Positions 34,095 to 46,568 of a DNA stretch of 64,000 bases are shown here, in pieces; the stretch's first letter is position 1, and the number at the start of each line of letters is the position of its first letter. The stretch covers positions 1,240,001-1,304,000 of the forward strand of contig JAUFOQ010000005.1 of assembly GCA_040285855.1 (NCBI GenBank). The letters are read 5' to 3'. Under the pieces are notes generated by a model. It saw only the letters and a program-made list of their open reading frames with translations, made no database searches and was not told where the DNA came from. A program made the position numbers and the translations under genes. The DNA comes from Eukaryota sp. GEM-RC1. Its lineage: Eukaryota.

Positions 34095-35438
34095 ATGACC
34101 ATCTGTAGTCAGTGCTTCTCAACTGACATAATCTTTGATGCTGCTTCTGGCAATACTGCATGTGCTAGTTGTGGTTTCGTACTTGATTCTTCATCGATTT
34201 CTTCCGAGGTTACCTTTGGAGAAACAGCTGGTGGCGCTGCCCGTTTACTAGGACAATCCCTAGGTTTAAATGAATCTGGCATCCGTTTCTCTAATCCTCT
34301 AACAGCAACTCGTGAAAGTCGTGAAGTTACTCTAGGACGGGCAAGACAAACTATAAGTCGTCTTGCAGCCTGTCTCAACATGCCTACTTCTGCCATCGAT
34401 GCAGCAGAACGCCTATACCTTCTCGCTCTCCAACATGGCTTTACCAGAGGCCGTAACTCCGAACTGGTCTGCGCTTCATGTCTCTATGCAGTCTGCCGGC
34501 GGGAAAAGCTTCCTGTTATGCTCATTGATCTCTCTGAATCCATTAAATGCAACCTGTACACCCTCGGTCACACCTACCTTAGACTAGTTGGTACTCTTCA
34601 TCTCGAACTTCCTCTTGTTGATCCTTCCCTATACATTCATCGGTTTGCTCATAAACTAGAACTTGGTAAAAAGGAACACATCGTTGCCCAAACTGCTCTT
34701 CAGATAGTTAAACGTATGAAGAGGGATTGGCTTCATATAGGAAGGAGACCATCTGGTCTTTGTGGAGCTGCTTTAGTATTATCAGCACGTATGTATGGGT
34801 TTGATCGAAGTTTTGAAGAAGTTTCCAGGATAGTGAAGATTTGTAACTCAACACTACAAAAGAGATTGTTGGAGTTTGCACAATCTCCTGTGGCTGAATT
34901 GACTTCTGAAGAATTCTTGGAGTCGAATATAGACTCGTTTCCAGCTAATGAACCTCCTGCTGTTATGGAAAGGGCAATCAAAGATGCAGCTCAATCAGAA
35001 TTGATGACTGAAGTCCAATCAAATTTTGATAATCAACTAGAACGTGATCGTGACAGTCTCGATTACGAGTATGGTGTTGAAGAAGATCTTTCCTATCTTG
35101 ACGATCAGATTGACTGTTATATTGCAACTGAAGAGGAAGCTAAATTTAGAGGCATGATATGGGATGAGATGTTCGGAAAATACGTGGAACGAATGGAACA
35201 TCGAAGGAAAGAGACAGATAAAGGGATCAAAGTTCCACGGAGGAAACGTGATAAGACCAATCAAATCGGACAGTCGAATACTCCCAAAGTTTTGTCTAGA
35301 ATCAACATCAATGCCATGGATGATCTGTTTCAAGAGGAGGAATCTGAGATGGAGTTGTCGGAAGAAGAGAATGCTGAGTTTGTTTATAATCAGGAGGTTG
35401 AATACGACGATGAGTTTGGATTTCTGCAACAGTATTGA
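34095..35438 (+). CDS. BRF1: TFIIIB subunit Brf1
   Basis: Zn ribbon CSQC...CASCG, FTRGR, CLYAVCR, VDPSLYIHRFA, RMKRDWLHIGRRPSGLCGAAL. Confidence 0.95.
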   Translation: MTICSQCFSTDIIFDAASGNTACASCGFVLDSSSISSEVTFGETAGGAARLLGQSLGLNESGIRFSNPLTATRESREVTLGRARQTISRLAACLNMPTSAIDAAERLYLLALQHGFTRGRNSELVCASCLYAVCRREKLPVMLIDLSESIKCNLYTLGHTYLRLVGTLHLELPLVDPSLYIHRFAHKLELGKKEHIVAQTALQIVKRMKRDWLHIGRRPSGLCGAALVLSARMYGFDRSFEEVSRIVKICNSTLQKRLLEFAQSPVAELTSEEFLESNIDSFPANEPPAVMERAIKDAAQSELMTEVQSNFDNQLERDRDSLDYEYGVEEDLSYLDDQIDCYIATEEEAKFRGMIWDEMFGKYVERMEHRRKETDKGIKVPRRKRDKTNQIGQSNTPKVLSRININAMDDLFQEEESEMELSEEENAEFVYNQEVEYDDEFGFLQQY

Positions 35439-35837
35439 GAGAACTTTAACAAAACTTGGTTCTCCATTGATTATGTTTGGAGTAGACAGTGTTAGGATTT
35501 TCGACTTTACCATTGGCTCTGAAATGCTGGTTTTCAGATGTTGACTAGTCGTGATTTGATTTAAGTCTATGCAGTGAGTTTGTGTTGATTGTCTTTTTTG
35601 TGGTATTATTGTACCATTGATTTGAACAAAGTCTTTTTTTGATGAAATCTCGCTTTTTTAAAATGTTAATGAAGTTTATTCAATTAATGATTGTGTTGAT
35701 AATGATTTTCTCATTCAATTGAGTGTTGAACACTCAATTGAGAAAAAATAAACTGGTTCGGATGGTTTTTGGATGGCAACTTTTTATAAATAGCAGACAT
35801 TGCATGTAGTAGAAGGTTTTCATTTCTTGATCCATCA

Positions 35838-37185
35838 ATGCTCACACCTCACCCTGAACCTTTGTTGAAAAGGAGTCGTTCATTTCCTCCCATTTTCTCC
35901 TCTGTGATGTCTAACTGTGACGAGCTGTCCGTATTGGCTTCAACCACCCATCCTCCCTCTAAACGTGTCCATGTCCAGCAGACTTTGTTGATTCTTATCC
36001 ATGTTCACTTGCTGAGACTTCTTTTAAAGCGTACTCTTGAAAATAATCATGATCGAACTAATCGTCAACTCGATGGTTTGAAAACATCATTACCTGCATT
36101 CTTTGAACAAGTTGGCTATGTAAGTAATCACTTCCTTGATTCTTCATTCCAAGCAGTTAAAGTCTATTTTCAATTACACACATTTCATACTGATCTTGAA
36201 CACCTTCCCACAGTAATTTCACTTGCTTCTTTCTTTGGAGCAGATCTACAATCTGTTTTCTTGCATGCTGATGGAATTTTAGAAATTGAGAAATTTCTTA
36301 ATTTTTCTGGTATAATTACCGGATTGAGAATCGTAATAAGAAAACCCCCCTGATTTAGAGTTTCTAAACAATTCTTCTTTATTTCCACGTCTTAAGCAGC
36401 TAGAAGTAAAAGTGGCGAGACAACACACCTTTTTTTCTATGTTTTTGATTGAAGCGTTGAAAACCAATACTGCAATTACCAGTGTTGATCTCATGAACAA
36501 CTCTATTGGAGCTGAAGGTGCTAGATCTTTAGCAGAGACGTTGACAGTTAATGCTACAGTTACCGATTTTAATCTTCGGAACAACTCTATTGGAGATGAA
36601 GGTGCTAGATTTCTAGCAGAGACGTTGAAAGTTAATGCTTCAGTTACCATTATTGATCTGGGTCACAACTATATTGGAGATGAAGGTGCCAGAGCCTTGG
36701 CAGAAGCGTTGAAAGTTAATGATTCAGTTACCAGTATTGATCTCTTTCACAACTCTATTGGAGATGAAGGTGCCAGAGCCTTGGCAGAAGCGTTGAAAGT
36801 TAATGTTTCAGTTACCAGTATTAATCTAACTTACAACTCTATTGGAGATGAAGGTGCCAGAGCCTTGGCAGAAGCGTTGAAAGTTAATGCTTCAGTTACA
36901 ATTGTTAATGTTAATTGGAATCCTATCGGAGATGAAGGTGCTAGATTTCTAGCAGAGGCGTTGAAAGTTAATGCTTCAGTTACAGTTGTTAAGCTGAGGG
37001 AGAACTATATTGGAAATGAAGGTGCTAGATTTCTAGCAGATGCGTTGAAAGTTAATACTTCAGTTACAAGTATTTATCTGGATGACAATTTCATTGGAGC
37101 TGAAGGTGTCAGATCTTTGACAGAGGTGTTCAAGGTTAATCCTAGACTTGAAATAGTGGGATTAATTGGACTCAATACACCTTAA
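35838..37185 (+). CDS. LRR-family paralog 2: conserved N-terminal domain plus 8 RI-like 28-aa LRRs; one frameshift
   Basis: ORFs 35838-36353 and 36412-37185 join if C6 at 36345-36350 is C5; 84-bp tandem units. Confidence 0.85.
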
Positions 37186-37605
37186 ATAGTTTTCATTAGT
37201 GTCGGATAAAACAGGTTCTTCATACTCAAATTCAAAAGGTTGTTCAAAATCTGAGGTTTGGAGTGTTTACAAATGTGGGGCCCTATATCTGATGACTTTT
37301 CGATGATCTGTTCTTGTTGTTCTTTAAAGAAACACTATGATAGATGCAACATTTAAAACCATATCAATAGAAATCTCGTCTATGCATATTTCAAATTTTT
37401 GAAGTACGTGACAATCCATTTAGTTGAAGAATTCGAACTGTGCCAAACGGCCAGTTGAACCCAACATCCAATCAAAAATGATGAATACTAGTACATGTGG
37501 ATGCTGTACACTTCTAAGCAGAATCGAAATCTTCAATGTTTAGTTCAGTCCAATTAGAAGATTCAAATTAAATCATTCAATTATCTAACTCCTACACTTT
37601 CTCTG

Positions 37606-38259
37606 ATGAGTCTTCATCTTTCCATTATAACACGATGTTCTGATGGTCTGATTCTTTATGCTTCTGAACAAGACTCTCCTCATCTTTCTGCTGATTCCAT
37701 CAAAAAGACAGCCAGACATCTTCTGAACGGATTGAATCAGAACTCGCCAAAACGATGTTCCTTCGTTCAAGATGCTTATGAATTCCATTACATAATGAAC
37801 GACAACCTATGTTGCTTAGTCTGTACCGATCGATCCTACCCTCGTGCTCTTGCCTTCAGTTACTTAGAGGAACTCCAAACTCAGTTCGATAAGCAGTACG
37901 GTCCTAGAGTTCCCACTGCTAGTCGTCCTTATGAGTTCATTGCATTTGACACAACCGCTTCAACTCTTCAACGACAGTACATGGACTCCAGCTCTAGTGT
38001 TAATCTTGATAAGGCTAAGAAGAATCTTGAAGATGTTCGCAAGATCATCTCCAAGAACATTGATGATCTTGTTGAAAGAGGAGATCGCTTTGAATATCTG
38101 AAGACACAGACCAGTGCTTTGTCCATGGAGGCTAAAAGGTATAAGAACAAGGGCAGACAAGCTTTTAGACAATTGGTCATGAGACAATATGTTCCATTGA
38201 TTGTTATACTTTTAGTTATAATTCTTTATTTTTTCGTCCGGAAGTTATTCAAAAAATAG
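37606..38259 (+). CDS. SEC22: Longin R-SNARE Sec22
   Basis: DGLIL, YPRALAFSYLEEL, RPYEFIAFD, NIDDLVERGD, C-terminal TM helix. Confidence 0.92.
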   Translation: MSLHLSIITRCSDGLILYASEQDSPHLSADSIKKTARHLLNGLNQNSPKRCSFVQDAYEFHYIMNDNLCCLVCTDRSYPRALAFSYLEELQTQFDKQYGPRVPTASRPYEFIAFDTTASTLQRQYMDSSSSVNLDKAKKNLEDVRKIISKNIDDLVERGDRFEYLKTQTSALSMEAKRYKNKGRQAFRQLVMRQYVPLIVILLVIILYFFVRKLFKK

Positions 38260-38410
38260 TGATTGGAGATTTGTAAATATTATTGTCTCTTATAAAAAAT
38301 CATCTAGTGGTTTGCTAGGTATCTTAATTATTGATTTTCTATTAATAAAAAAGGAGTTTTTGGGCTGAAACAACCACACAGGAAGAAACCAATAGTGACT
38401 GTTAAAGCAA

Positions 38411-38465
38411 GACACTGTCAAAATTGACAACTTACCACACAGTCATGGATAAAAACATAAGATTG
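38411..38465 (+). repeat. Solo diverged TIR of the Mutator-like family at 22174
   Basis: GACACTGTCAAAATTGACAACTTACCACAC...TAAAAACA aligns to 22174-22220. Confidence 0.7.
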
Positions 38466-38533
38466 AATCACACATAAATCCGTTTTTAAGATTGAATTAA
38501 GAACACGAACTAGAAGGAAAAATCAAATTCTCA

Positions 38534-39367
38534 ATGGCTCCTCCAACATCTAAACCTCGTACGGACGACAAATCTGAACTCATTTCTGAATTGAACAGTC
38601 GTGCTTCCTTTGTTGCTTCAAAACTTGGTATTGAAGTTGCTGCAATCCATCAAAAACTCCCTCATCTCGAATCTGGATACGAAATCAAGCCTGCAACTGA
38701 CCGATCTGTTGCTTCTCTCATTGATCACACCATTCTCAAAACTAATGCCACTGCTCAACAAGTAGAAGTATTGTGTAAGGAAGCTATCGAACACAATTTC
38801 TTTTCTGTTTGTGTCAACGGCTCTAGAGTTGCCCAGTGCTGTGAGCTCTTGAAAGAAACCCCTGTTAAGGTCGCTGCCGTCATTGGATTCCCATTAGGTG
38901 CCATGACCACCGAAGCTAAGGTTTTTGAAACCACTGAGTTGGTCAAACTTGGTGCTGGTGAAATTGACATGGTTCTCAACGTTGGTTTCCTCCTCGATGG
39001 AGATTACAAATACGTATGTGACGAAATTGCTGCAATCAAAAAGGCTTGCGGTGACGTCACCCTCAAGGTCATCTTTGAGACCTGTGAGCTCGACAGATCT
39101 CAAGTGATTGACTGTTGTCTTCTCTCCGCTATGGCAAATGCTGATTTCGTAAAGACAAGCACTGGGTTCGGAAAGGGTGGAGCTACTGTTGAACATATCA
39201 ATGTCATGAAGATGATTGTTGGTGATGTTCTTGAAGTGAAAGCTTCTGGTGGAGTTAGATCTTATGAAACTGCTTTAGATATGGTTTATAATGGAGCAAC
39301 TAGATTAGGAACTTCTTCAGGAATTGCTATCGTTTCCAAAAAGACAGCTGCTGGTGGAACTTATTAA
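38534..39367 (+). CDS. deoC: Deoxyribose-phosphate aldolase
   Basis: IDHTILK, SVCVN, VIGFPLG, EIDMV, LKVIFET, FVKTSTGF, VKASGGVR, RLGTSS. Confidence 0.95.
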   Translation: MAPPTSKPRTDDKSELISELNSRASFVASKLGIEVAAIHQKLPHLESGYEIKPATDRSVASLIDHTILKTNATAQQVEVLCKEAIEHNFFSVCVNGSRVAQCCELLKETPVKVAAVIGFPLGAMTTEAKVFETTELVKLGAGEIDMVLNVGFLLDGDYKYVCDEIAAIKKACGDVTLKVIFETCELDRSQVIDCCLLSAMANADFVKTSTGFGKGGATVEHINVMKMIVGDVLEVKASGGVRSYETALDMVYNGATRLGTSSGIAIVSKKTAAGGTY

Positions 39368-39648
39368 TTTATTAAATATAAAGGGTATTTGTATCGTTTA
39401 ATACATTATTGGTTTCCAAATGAATGGTTTGTATTTCATCGAATAACCGAACAGTAAACAGTCGACCTAAAAGAACGTGGCTTTTGATGTGTAAAAAAAT
39501 TATTAAAAAACAATTTTGAAAGTAAAACCATGTGACTACAAGTGCAAAAAAAGTTCAACCGTCCACGTCATCAACATGAATGTAGCAGACTTCTCATTGT
39601 TTCTTGACCTCTTTTTTCGGTTTCAAAAACTAAAACAAATACCAAGAG

Positions 39649-40702
39649 TCACCCAAATACAGAAACCGTACAATCATTCTCAACAACTTTATAACAACCA
39701 TCAAAACTCTCATAATTACCAATAACTCGTTCATTTAACTTAGAGAAAGTCAACTTATTAGAAACACCCTCCACAAGTATCGAAGTTTCAGCAACGATAG
39801 AACTAGGATTCAATGAAGAAATTGGGAGAGAACAACACTGTCATTCGTGGTCTTCATGACCTTTGGAATAACTAGCTCGTCAACAAAAAGGGAAGATCTA
39901 CTGTGGAGAGAGGAAGTTGTACGGAGATCAATGAGATCAAAAGAACCCCCAAACCACTCACAACTAAAAAAGGAAAGTGTGTGATTGAAAGAGATCGACC
40001 CCCACTCAATTTTGATTGTTGTGGAATGAGTGTCTGTTCGAATTTTTGAGTTCGTAAATCGTTGAGTAATAGTTTTCCATCACGATTAAGTAGCGCAAAA
40101 CAATTACTAGTAATAAAAACCATGTCTGTTGGAACAGAGCGTGGTGGAAGAGAGAACTTTGAGAAGTTGGTGTTGGAAAGGGAATGGAAATACTGACAAT
40201 GAGAACGATTGCAAGTGAGTAGGGATGGTCCATTGTATAAATGAAGAAGAGACTTTTTGAAGAGGGGGAGGGGGAGAAACCTAGGATTGGAAAAGTTACT
40301 TAAATGTATAGTGTTTTCCGTGGTGAGTAGCGATAGAGATGAGAAAAAGGGAGAGAAGGTGGTGTCAACAAAAGAGGGTGTGAGGGGGAGAACTAGGTTG
40401 TTTCTGAGACTGTAATGAGCTGCATGAGTAGAAGTGGAGAAAATGATGGAATCAGGGCCACAGTAACAAGACGGTTTTCCTGTGAAAAGACTTTCAAAAA
40501 CCAAACGATGAGAATGTATACAGGAAGGATGTCGAGTATTAGGCAAATTGTAGTCTAATTGATGTATCAGCTGAGGTGAAGAACTAAATTGGTATGTGGG
40601 CAAAGTTTTGGAGGCAATACGTTGACGTTCCAAAACAGCTTTGCCCTCATCAGAGTCAGCTGGAAAGTGTTTTCGTTCAACATCGCAGAAGATATAGCGC
40701 AT
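39649..40702 (-). CDS. WD40-like protein with DxR motifs, possibly DCAF4-like; frameshifted
   Basis: Likely start MRYIFCDVERKHFP; DGKLLLNDLRT; gaining a G at ~39948 gives GSFDLIDLRT; a further shift at ~39824 leads to TGA at 39649. Confidence 0.45.
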
Positions 40703-41556
40703 TAGAATCCATTTGTAGGGAATTAGAATATTTTGAAAGGAAAAGAGTTTTTTCAAATACTTTTTTTTGGAATGTTTCTAGGTCGTTTTAGCCTGATCCA
40801 ACGACGCCACATTTCTTATACAACTTAATCATTATTGACTTAATCACTTGTAGACTGATTGGAAAAGAGAATAAATTGATAGACTTTGCCATATTGATCA
40901 AATGAGTCTTCTAGTAGGATACGATTTTTGAAATTGACACATACAAGAAGGTTCAACTTCAATCAGACGATAATAATAGGCATGAGACATCTCTGAAATG
41001 AATAAGAACTCAATTACAACAGTCACTTAGCTATGTAAGACTGATAATGCTGTGTATGCTACCGTTAGTAGTCTGCAAATTATTAAAAAGAAAAGGAAAA
41101 TCTTAGACTTTATGTAGATACATGTACTTAATGTTGAAATTTCTTTCTCTTCATGTCAAAAGTAATGGAACTAGAATATATTTACTGATTTGTCAAAATG
41201 CTACAAACCTTCTCATTTGTTTCCAACCACTCGTATTCATATTCACGTTCATTCTCTTTGAGATGATTTACAAAGGATGTTACTAAACCAGAATTATTAA
41301 ACTGGTCGATATTCAGTACAATCAATAAGTTGTTCCCTGTTTCGAATCCCTTCCTGAAGACAGTTTAACTTAATTGGTAACTACTTTTCGAAATTGTGTA
41401 GTTCGTTTGATAGCTTGTTTTAATAGTCTCTATTTATTTGTTGTTTTCTTGTTGTGTGTTTTTCTCCGCTCGTTTTTTTTAGAAAACGATCTGAACAGAA
41501 TCAAACCAGAAACAGAAAGTTAAATCATTTCCCTCCCATCTGGAACTTCATGTTTG

Positions 41557-42485
41557 ATGAAGACTACAGAACTTGAAGAGTGTCCTATATGCAATCATAC
41601 CCTTCTTTCCAAACCCTCTATTGTCTTTCAAATCGCTAGTTGTAAACATCGCTTTTGCTCTTCTTGTGTAGACAACACCTTTGAAGGCCGGAATATATGC
41701 CCTTGTCCTCTCTGTCGTCGTATCCTCCGTCGTTCAGACTTCAAAACTGAAGACTTTGACGCCAATGTTGCTATAGAACTATCTTACCGAAAGTCGCTTT
41801 CCAAAACGTTCTGTTTTCACTTACACGATTTCGATTCTGAGAGTGAGTACTTAGAGTACCTGGATCTTCTTGAAGAACTTGTTTATAACCTTTCAAATCA
41901 AATTGATTTGGAGAAAACCAAGTCCCGAATAGAGGAGTTTCGTAACTCCCGTAGAGTTTCATTAGCCGAGGCTAAGTCTAAACAGTCAGAACAACGTACT
42001 TTGATTGAAGAGAAGAACTCAGAGTTCATACACCTCATCCTTCATGGAAAACCTGTCCATATAACTGCTCCACAGGCACCACAACGTTTATCGTCAACAG
42101 CCGTTGGTCCTCCGGGACAAGCTCCTGCTGTTAAAAGAGTGTCCATTGAAGCTGAAAGGAAGACGAAGCTAGGAGATGAAGCCCCTTTGCTGTTCCAGAA
42201 CCTGCTGGGGGATCTGGTTATCTTACCCCTCGAAACCAAAGCGAGGTTCACCAAGGTTCTGTTGTCCCCATGGGGTTTGCTATCCCTTCTTATGTTCCAA
42301 CTAGAGCTGTGATGCCAAGTGAAGCATATGATCCTACTAAAGATGTAGTCCAGATTGGTCCAGCTTCCTTCGAGAGCTCATGGGATGTTGAGTTGAAGAA
42401 AAGGCTTGCTGGAGGTTGGTGTGAAGGTACGATAGCTGCACGTAATGCTTGTTCAACAATGGATTTGGATGTGTTTGTTTCATGA
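41557..42485 (+). CDS. MAT1: CDK-activating kinase assembly factor MAT1 (TFIIH)
   Basis: RING CPIC...CKHRFCSSCVD...CPLCRRILR, DF....EY.EYL..LEELV.NL, terminal LAGGW after a frameshift near 42185. Confidence 0.88.
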
Positions 42486-43317
42486 ACATATCTCACATAA
42501 ATTGCACTCTTTGGGGTTTTTAAAGAAGTTTACGATAATTGAATCGCTATATAATGTTGATCTTAATGTCTTTGAACAAAAGATCTTTGGCACACACAAT
42601 GCAGTAAATAAGCCAATTCTTATTGGCAAAGGTCAGGTCAATTCATTTGATGACCTTGACCTGGCCGCTACATTTTGATTAATTCTTTAACATAGAAAAT
42701 CCGTATAAACTCAGTTAAATCTAATTTTTTTTGAATAGTATTTTTAACAGGTAACAGTTTTGGCGTGAGTTTCTGGTTTTTAACATACTTGTAGAATACA
42801 GAATTCTGTACTTTATGTATTATATGTATTTTTGAAAAGAAAACTCGTGTATTTTCCAAGTATGGTTTTAAATGATCAATATTGGATTATCATACACAAT
42901 TTACTGATGGAATATTCGAACTGTGTTTGCTATCGTTAAACGTACAATGACTTCTGTCTCTAGCGCTATATTATCTCTTGGCAGACATTATGAGGATAAG
43001 AATTTCCAGATAGGCAATCTGGACTTTGAGGATATTGATTATTAGATGCATGTCGTGGTTTTACAATTTGATAGTGTTGTAGGAAGGTTACCTTATTGGA
43101 TACTGAATAAATCTTTTCTCTATTTTTATACTTTCTTTACGCAGTTGTCTGAAAAGTCGGTCTGATTTTACATTCTGACGACCACTGATGTCGCAAGAGG
43201 AAGAAAGAGACAATCTGTGATTTTACACGTCACGTCATCAGTCGATCATATACTGTGTGGCACAAAAATTTTTAATACACAAGGTACGTCATTTTGAGGG
43301 TGTCTTCAGGGATTAAC

Positions 43318-44326
43318 ATGGATGAACAGTTCCTTTCTGCGATGTGTAATTGTGATGAACAGTTGGTTTTGTCTTCATCCACACATCCTCCCTCTAAACG
43401 TATCCATGTTCAGCAGTCTTTGTTGATTCTGATCCATCTTCACTTGCTGAGACTTCTTTCCAAGCATGCTAACATTCCTTTTCGATTTAATCCTCAACTC
43501 ACTACATTGCAAAGAGTTTTACCTGCATTCTTTGAACAAGTTGGCTATGTAAGTAATCACTTCCTTGATTGTTCATTCCATGCAGTTAAAGTGTATTTTC
43601 AATTACACACCTTTCATGCTATTCTTAAATCCTTTCCCAAACTAATTTCACTTGCTTCTTTCTTTGGAACAGACCTACAATCTGTTTTCTTGGACGCTTA
43701 CGGAACTTTAGAAATTCAGAAGTTTCTTAACTATTCTGGTAAGGGAACCCCCTGATTTAGAATTTCTAAACAATTCTTCTTCCTTTTTTCCACGTCTTAA
43801 GCAACTAGAAGTGGTTTTAAACCCCTCTGTTTCTATATTATTGATAGAAGCGTTGAAAACCAATACTACAGTTACAAGTGTTGATCTATGTAGAAATTCT
43901 GTTGGGAATGAAGATGCTAGTGCTTTGTCAGATGCGTTGAAAGTTAATATTTCAGTTGCTGCAATTAATCTGAGGAACAACACTATTGGAGATCAAGGTG
44001 CTAGCGCTTTGGCAGAGGCGTTGAAAGTTAATCCTTCAGTTACAAGTGTTGATCTGAGCTACAACACTATTGGAGATGAAGGTGCTAGAGCTTTGTCAGA
44101 TGTATTAAAAGTTAATATTTCAGTTGCTGCAATTAATCTGAGGAACAACACTATTGGAGATGAAGGTGCTAGAGCTTTGTCAGATGCATTAAAAGTTAAT
44201 ACTTCAGTTACAATAATTGATCTCGAAAGCAACTCTATTGGAGATGAAGGTGGTAGAGCTTTGGTAGATGCATTAAAAGTTAATACGCGACTCAAAATAT
44301 TGCTAAATGATTCTGTCGACATGTAA
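43318..44326 (+). pseudogene. LRR-family paralog 3 (5 repeats) with frameshifting 26-nt deletion
   Basis: Same N-terminal domain; TCTGGT^AAGGGAACC at ~43740 lacks ATAATTACAGGATTGAGAATCAAACT present in paralogs. Confidence 0.8.
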
Positions 44327-45020
44327 TGCTGGATACGTTCTTGAAAAAACGTTAAAAGCTTGTTAATTAAACAATGAATAATCCACCATGAAGTTCATCC
44401 CAGTTTATTGAAGGAATCTATCTACTCTTCCATGTGACACCCCAAAAATTTTGATACTGAAAATGTTGGCGAAACAATGTCATGTGTCAAAAATCACCGT
44501 TTTCGGCCAATATTTTGAGGAAGAGGTTATTGAAATAGATTTATTGCATTTGCGGTGTTGCGACAAGAATATTGTATATTCAAACATGTACGTTATAATC
44601 CATTATTTCAGATGTCAAAATAGCTCAACATTATCACTAAACCAGCTTCTAAGATTCTCCAGTACAATGTCCATGAGAGAGGGAAACTGTAATTTTGTAG
44701 AAGTTGCTTAACAGATTCTATTGGTTCATAGTGGATTATATATAATGGTTGCTGCCTTAAAGACGCCTTACAAGACCAACTTCCATGATAGTAACACGAT
44801 GTTCAGAATTTTTGTTACACTTTCTCAAATACATGTACATGTGCTATATGTTAATTAATTGTTGCAAATAGACCTTCTGGATTGATGAACAATCATTTTG
44901 TCTAACTGTCATAATAAGTGTGAACTTCCACGTGTTCGTAATTGAAGATACGAACCTACTAATTTACTAAGGTGTAATTGTCTTAGTAACACAGGAATTC
45001 GTAGTAAACTTCCCAACTAT

Positions 45021-45890
45021 ATGTCGGATGTTATTTATCATGATGACTGCCAGTTGCTAATCTCTCATAAATCATTGAAAGCTCCACATCATGAAAACCA
45101 GGACAGGGTAATTATTGAAGAGTTTCCAAATGGAACAATTTTTTGTTCAGTTATTGATGGACATGGTGGCAGCGATGTTGCTGATTATTTGAAGGACAAT
45201 CTGGCTCCCAATGTATACCGAAAGACTGCTTCTATTACTGATATTGAGGCTGTTTGTGACAATGTTCAGCAAGTCCTGAATGAAATGGACGGTGAGATTT
45301 GCAGCATGAGGCCCAAACTAAAAGGAGGAGCTGTGCTTATAATGGCAATTATCAGACATCCTGCAGCTCGAGATTCTATTATAGTAGCAAATGTAGGAGA
45401 CTGTTTTGCGATGCTGAGAAAGTCTGGGACAATGATTTCCATAACAAGTGACCAAAACGCCAACAATGTTCAAGAAAGACGGAGAATAACTGAAACCGTT
45501 CGCAATGTCATTCCTTCATTTCCAGTCAAATGGCTGTTCCATAGGAGAATAGGATCTACAAGGTATTTATGGCAAGTACTTAACCCAACGAGATGCATGG
45601 GAGATTGTTGGTTTAAAGACAAAAATGCAATGCTAGACTCAATGCTACAACGAAAACTCGATCTGCTACAACTAATACATGCTAAAAGTGATCTTATAAA
45701 CCCAGAGGCTTCTTTCCACATCTTCCAAATGGAAAATGGAGCTACTTTACTACTGGCATCAGATGGTTATGAGAGGGAAGCATTCTTGAAGAATGTAGAT
45801 TGGTCAAAGCCTATCCACCGTCAAGAGATTCCTCACAAAATTGACGACGCCACTGCTATTGCTATTAAGTTTCAATATCAACATCGGTGA
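45021..45890 (+). CDS. PP2C/PPM family phosphatase
   Basis: ENQDR, VIDGHGG, ANVGDC, TRCMGD, LASDG, DDATAI. Confidence 0.9.
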   Translation: MSDVIYHDDCQLLISHKSLKAPHHENQDRVIIEEFPNGTIFCSVIDGHGGSDVADYLKDNLAPNVYRKTASITDIEAVCDNVQQVLNEMDGEICSMRPKLKGGAVLIMAIIRHPAARDSIIVANVGDCFAMLRKSGTMISITSDQNANNVQERRRITETVRNVIPSFPVKWLFHRRIGSTRYLWQVLNPTRCMGDCWFKDKNAMLDSMLQRKLDLLQLIHAKSDLINPEASFHIFQMENGATLLLASDGYEREAFLKNVDWSKPIHRQEIPHKIDDATAIAIKFQYQHR

Positions 45891-45959
45891 CTGAAAACTG
45901 TAAGTCTAGAAAATAAAAAAACGTTTGTGGACTCTGTATTAAAGGTTGTTTAAACAGGA

Positions 45960-46433
45960 TTATAGAAGATGAGGAGGGATAAGCATTGTTGTGAGATCCT
46001 CTAAATCACATCCTGGTGGAGCATTGGCTTGTAGTTTGTTGAGGATATCGCATACAAATAACTCAGCTTTGGATTTGTCAACAGCAAAAATGCCAGTAGT
46101 TACTTCGAAAATGAAAGGACATTGTTGGAGGGTGACCTTGCGGAGGTCATCGGGAAGATTGACGTCATTAATAGTAAACTTTGAAGTAAAGTGAAGTAAG
46201 AAAAGAGACGGGTTGAAGGGCAGAGCCACAGACAACTGAGGTTGTTCAACACATATCGAGAAATCAGAGGAACCAGCAAACCAAGATCCCAGTTGATCGG
46301 AAAAGAAATGAGATAGTAGAAAGACGGCGTTATTTTGATTGAAAGCGAATTTCAACTCTTTAAGAGAGAAACGGTATGAGAAAAACTGAAGAGGATGTTG
46401 TACATCGGAAGGTGCTAGAAGTAGAGAGGTCAT
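45960..46433 (-). CDS. Hypothetical protein, possibly RNase H2 subunit B-like
   Basis: GSWF...V....L.VALPFNPSLFLL resembles the RNASEH2B SWF...P.DP.F.LL block. Confidence 0.45.
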   Translation of the reverse strand: MTSLLLAPSDVQHPLQFFSYRFSLKELKFAFNQNNAVFLLSHFFSDQLGSWFAGSSDFSICVEQPQLSVALPFNPSLFLLHFTSKFTINDVNLPDDLRKVTLQQCPFIFEVTTGIFAVDKSKAELFVCDILNKLQANAPPGCDLEDLTTMLIPPHLL

Positions 46434-46568
46434 TAAACCAAAGTAATTGAATATTGATGAACTGAAAGAAGCTGAACAAACTTAATGAGAACGTTTTTTC
46501 AACAAACTTTCAACTCTCAAACAACCTGCTCTTATTGACAAATAGTTGAGACTTCATCAGACCATTAA

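Noticed and set aside
36345..36350. C6 tract as a phase-variation switch
   Set aside because: Short tract, indistinguishable from the other homopolymer errors; paralogs have interrupted or shorter runs.
36478..37150. 84-bp repeats with variable cores as CRISPR or a diversity-generating retroelement
   Set aside because: They are in-frame LRR codons; changes are not adenine-specific and no template repeat or linked RT is visible.
42631..42666. GGTCAGGTCA...TGACCTTGACC hairpin
   Set aside because: Resembles the TGACC MITE motif but no TIR or TSD found; too short to call.
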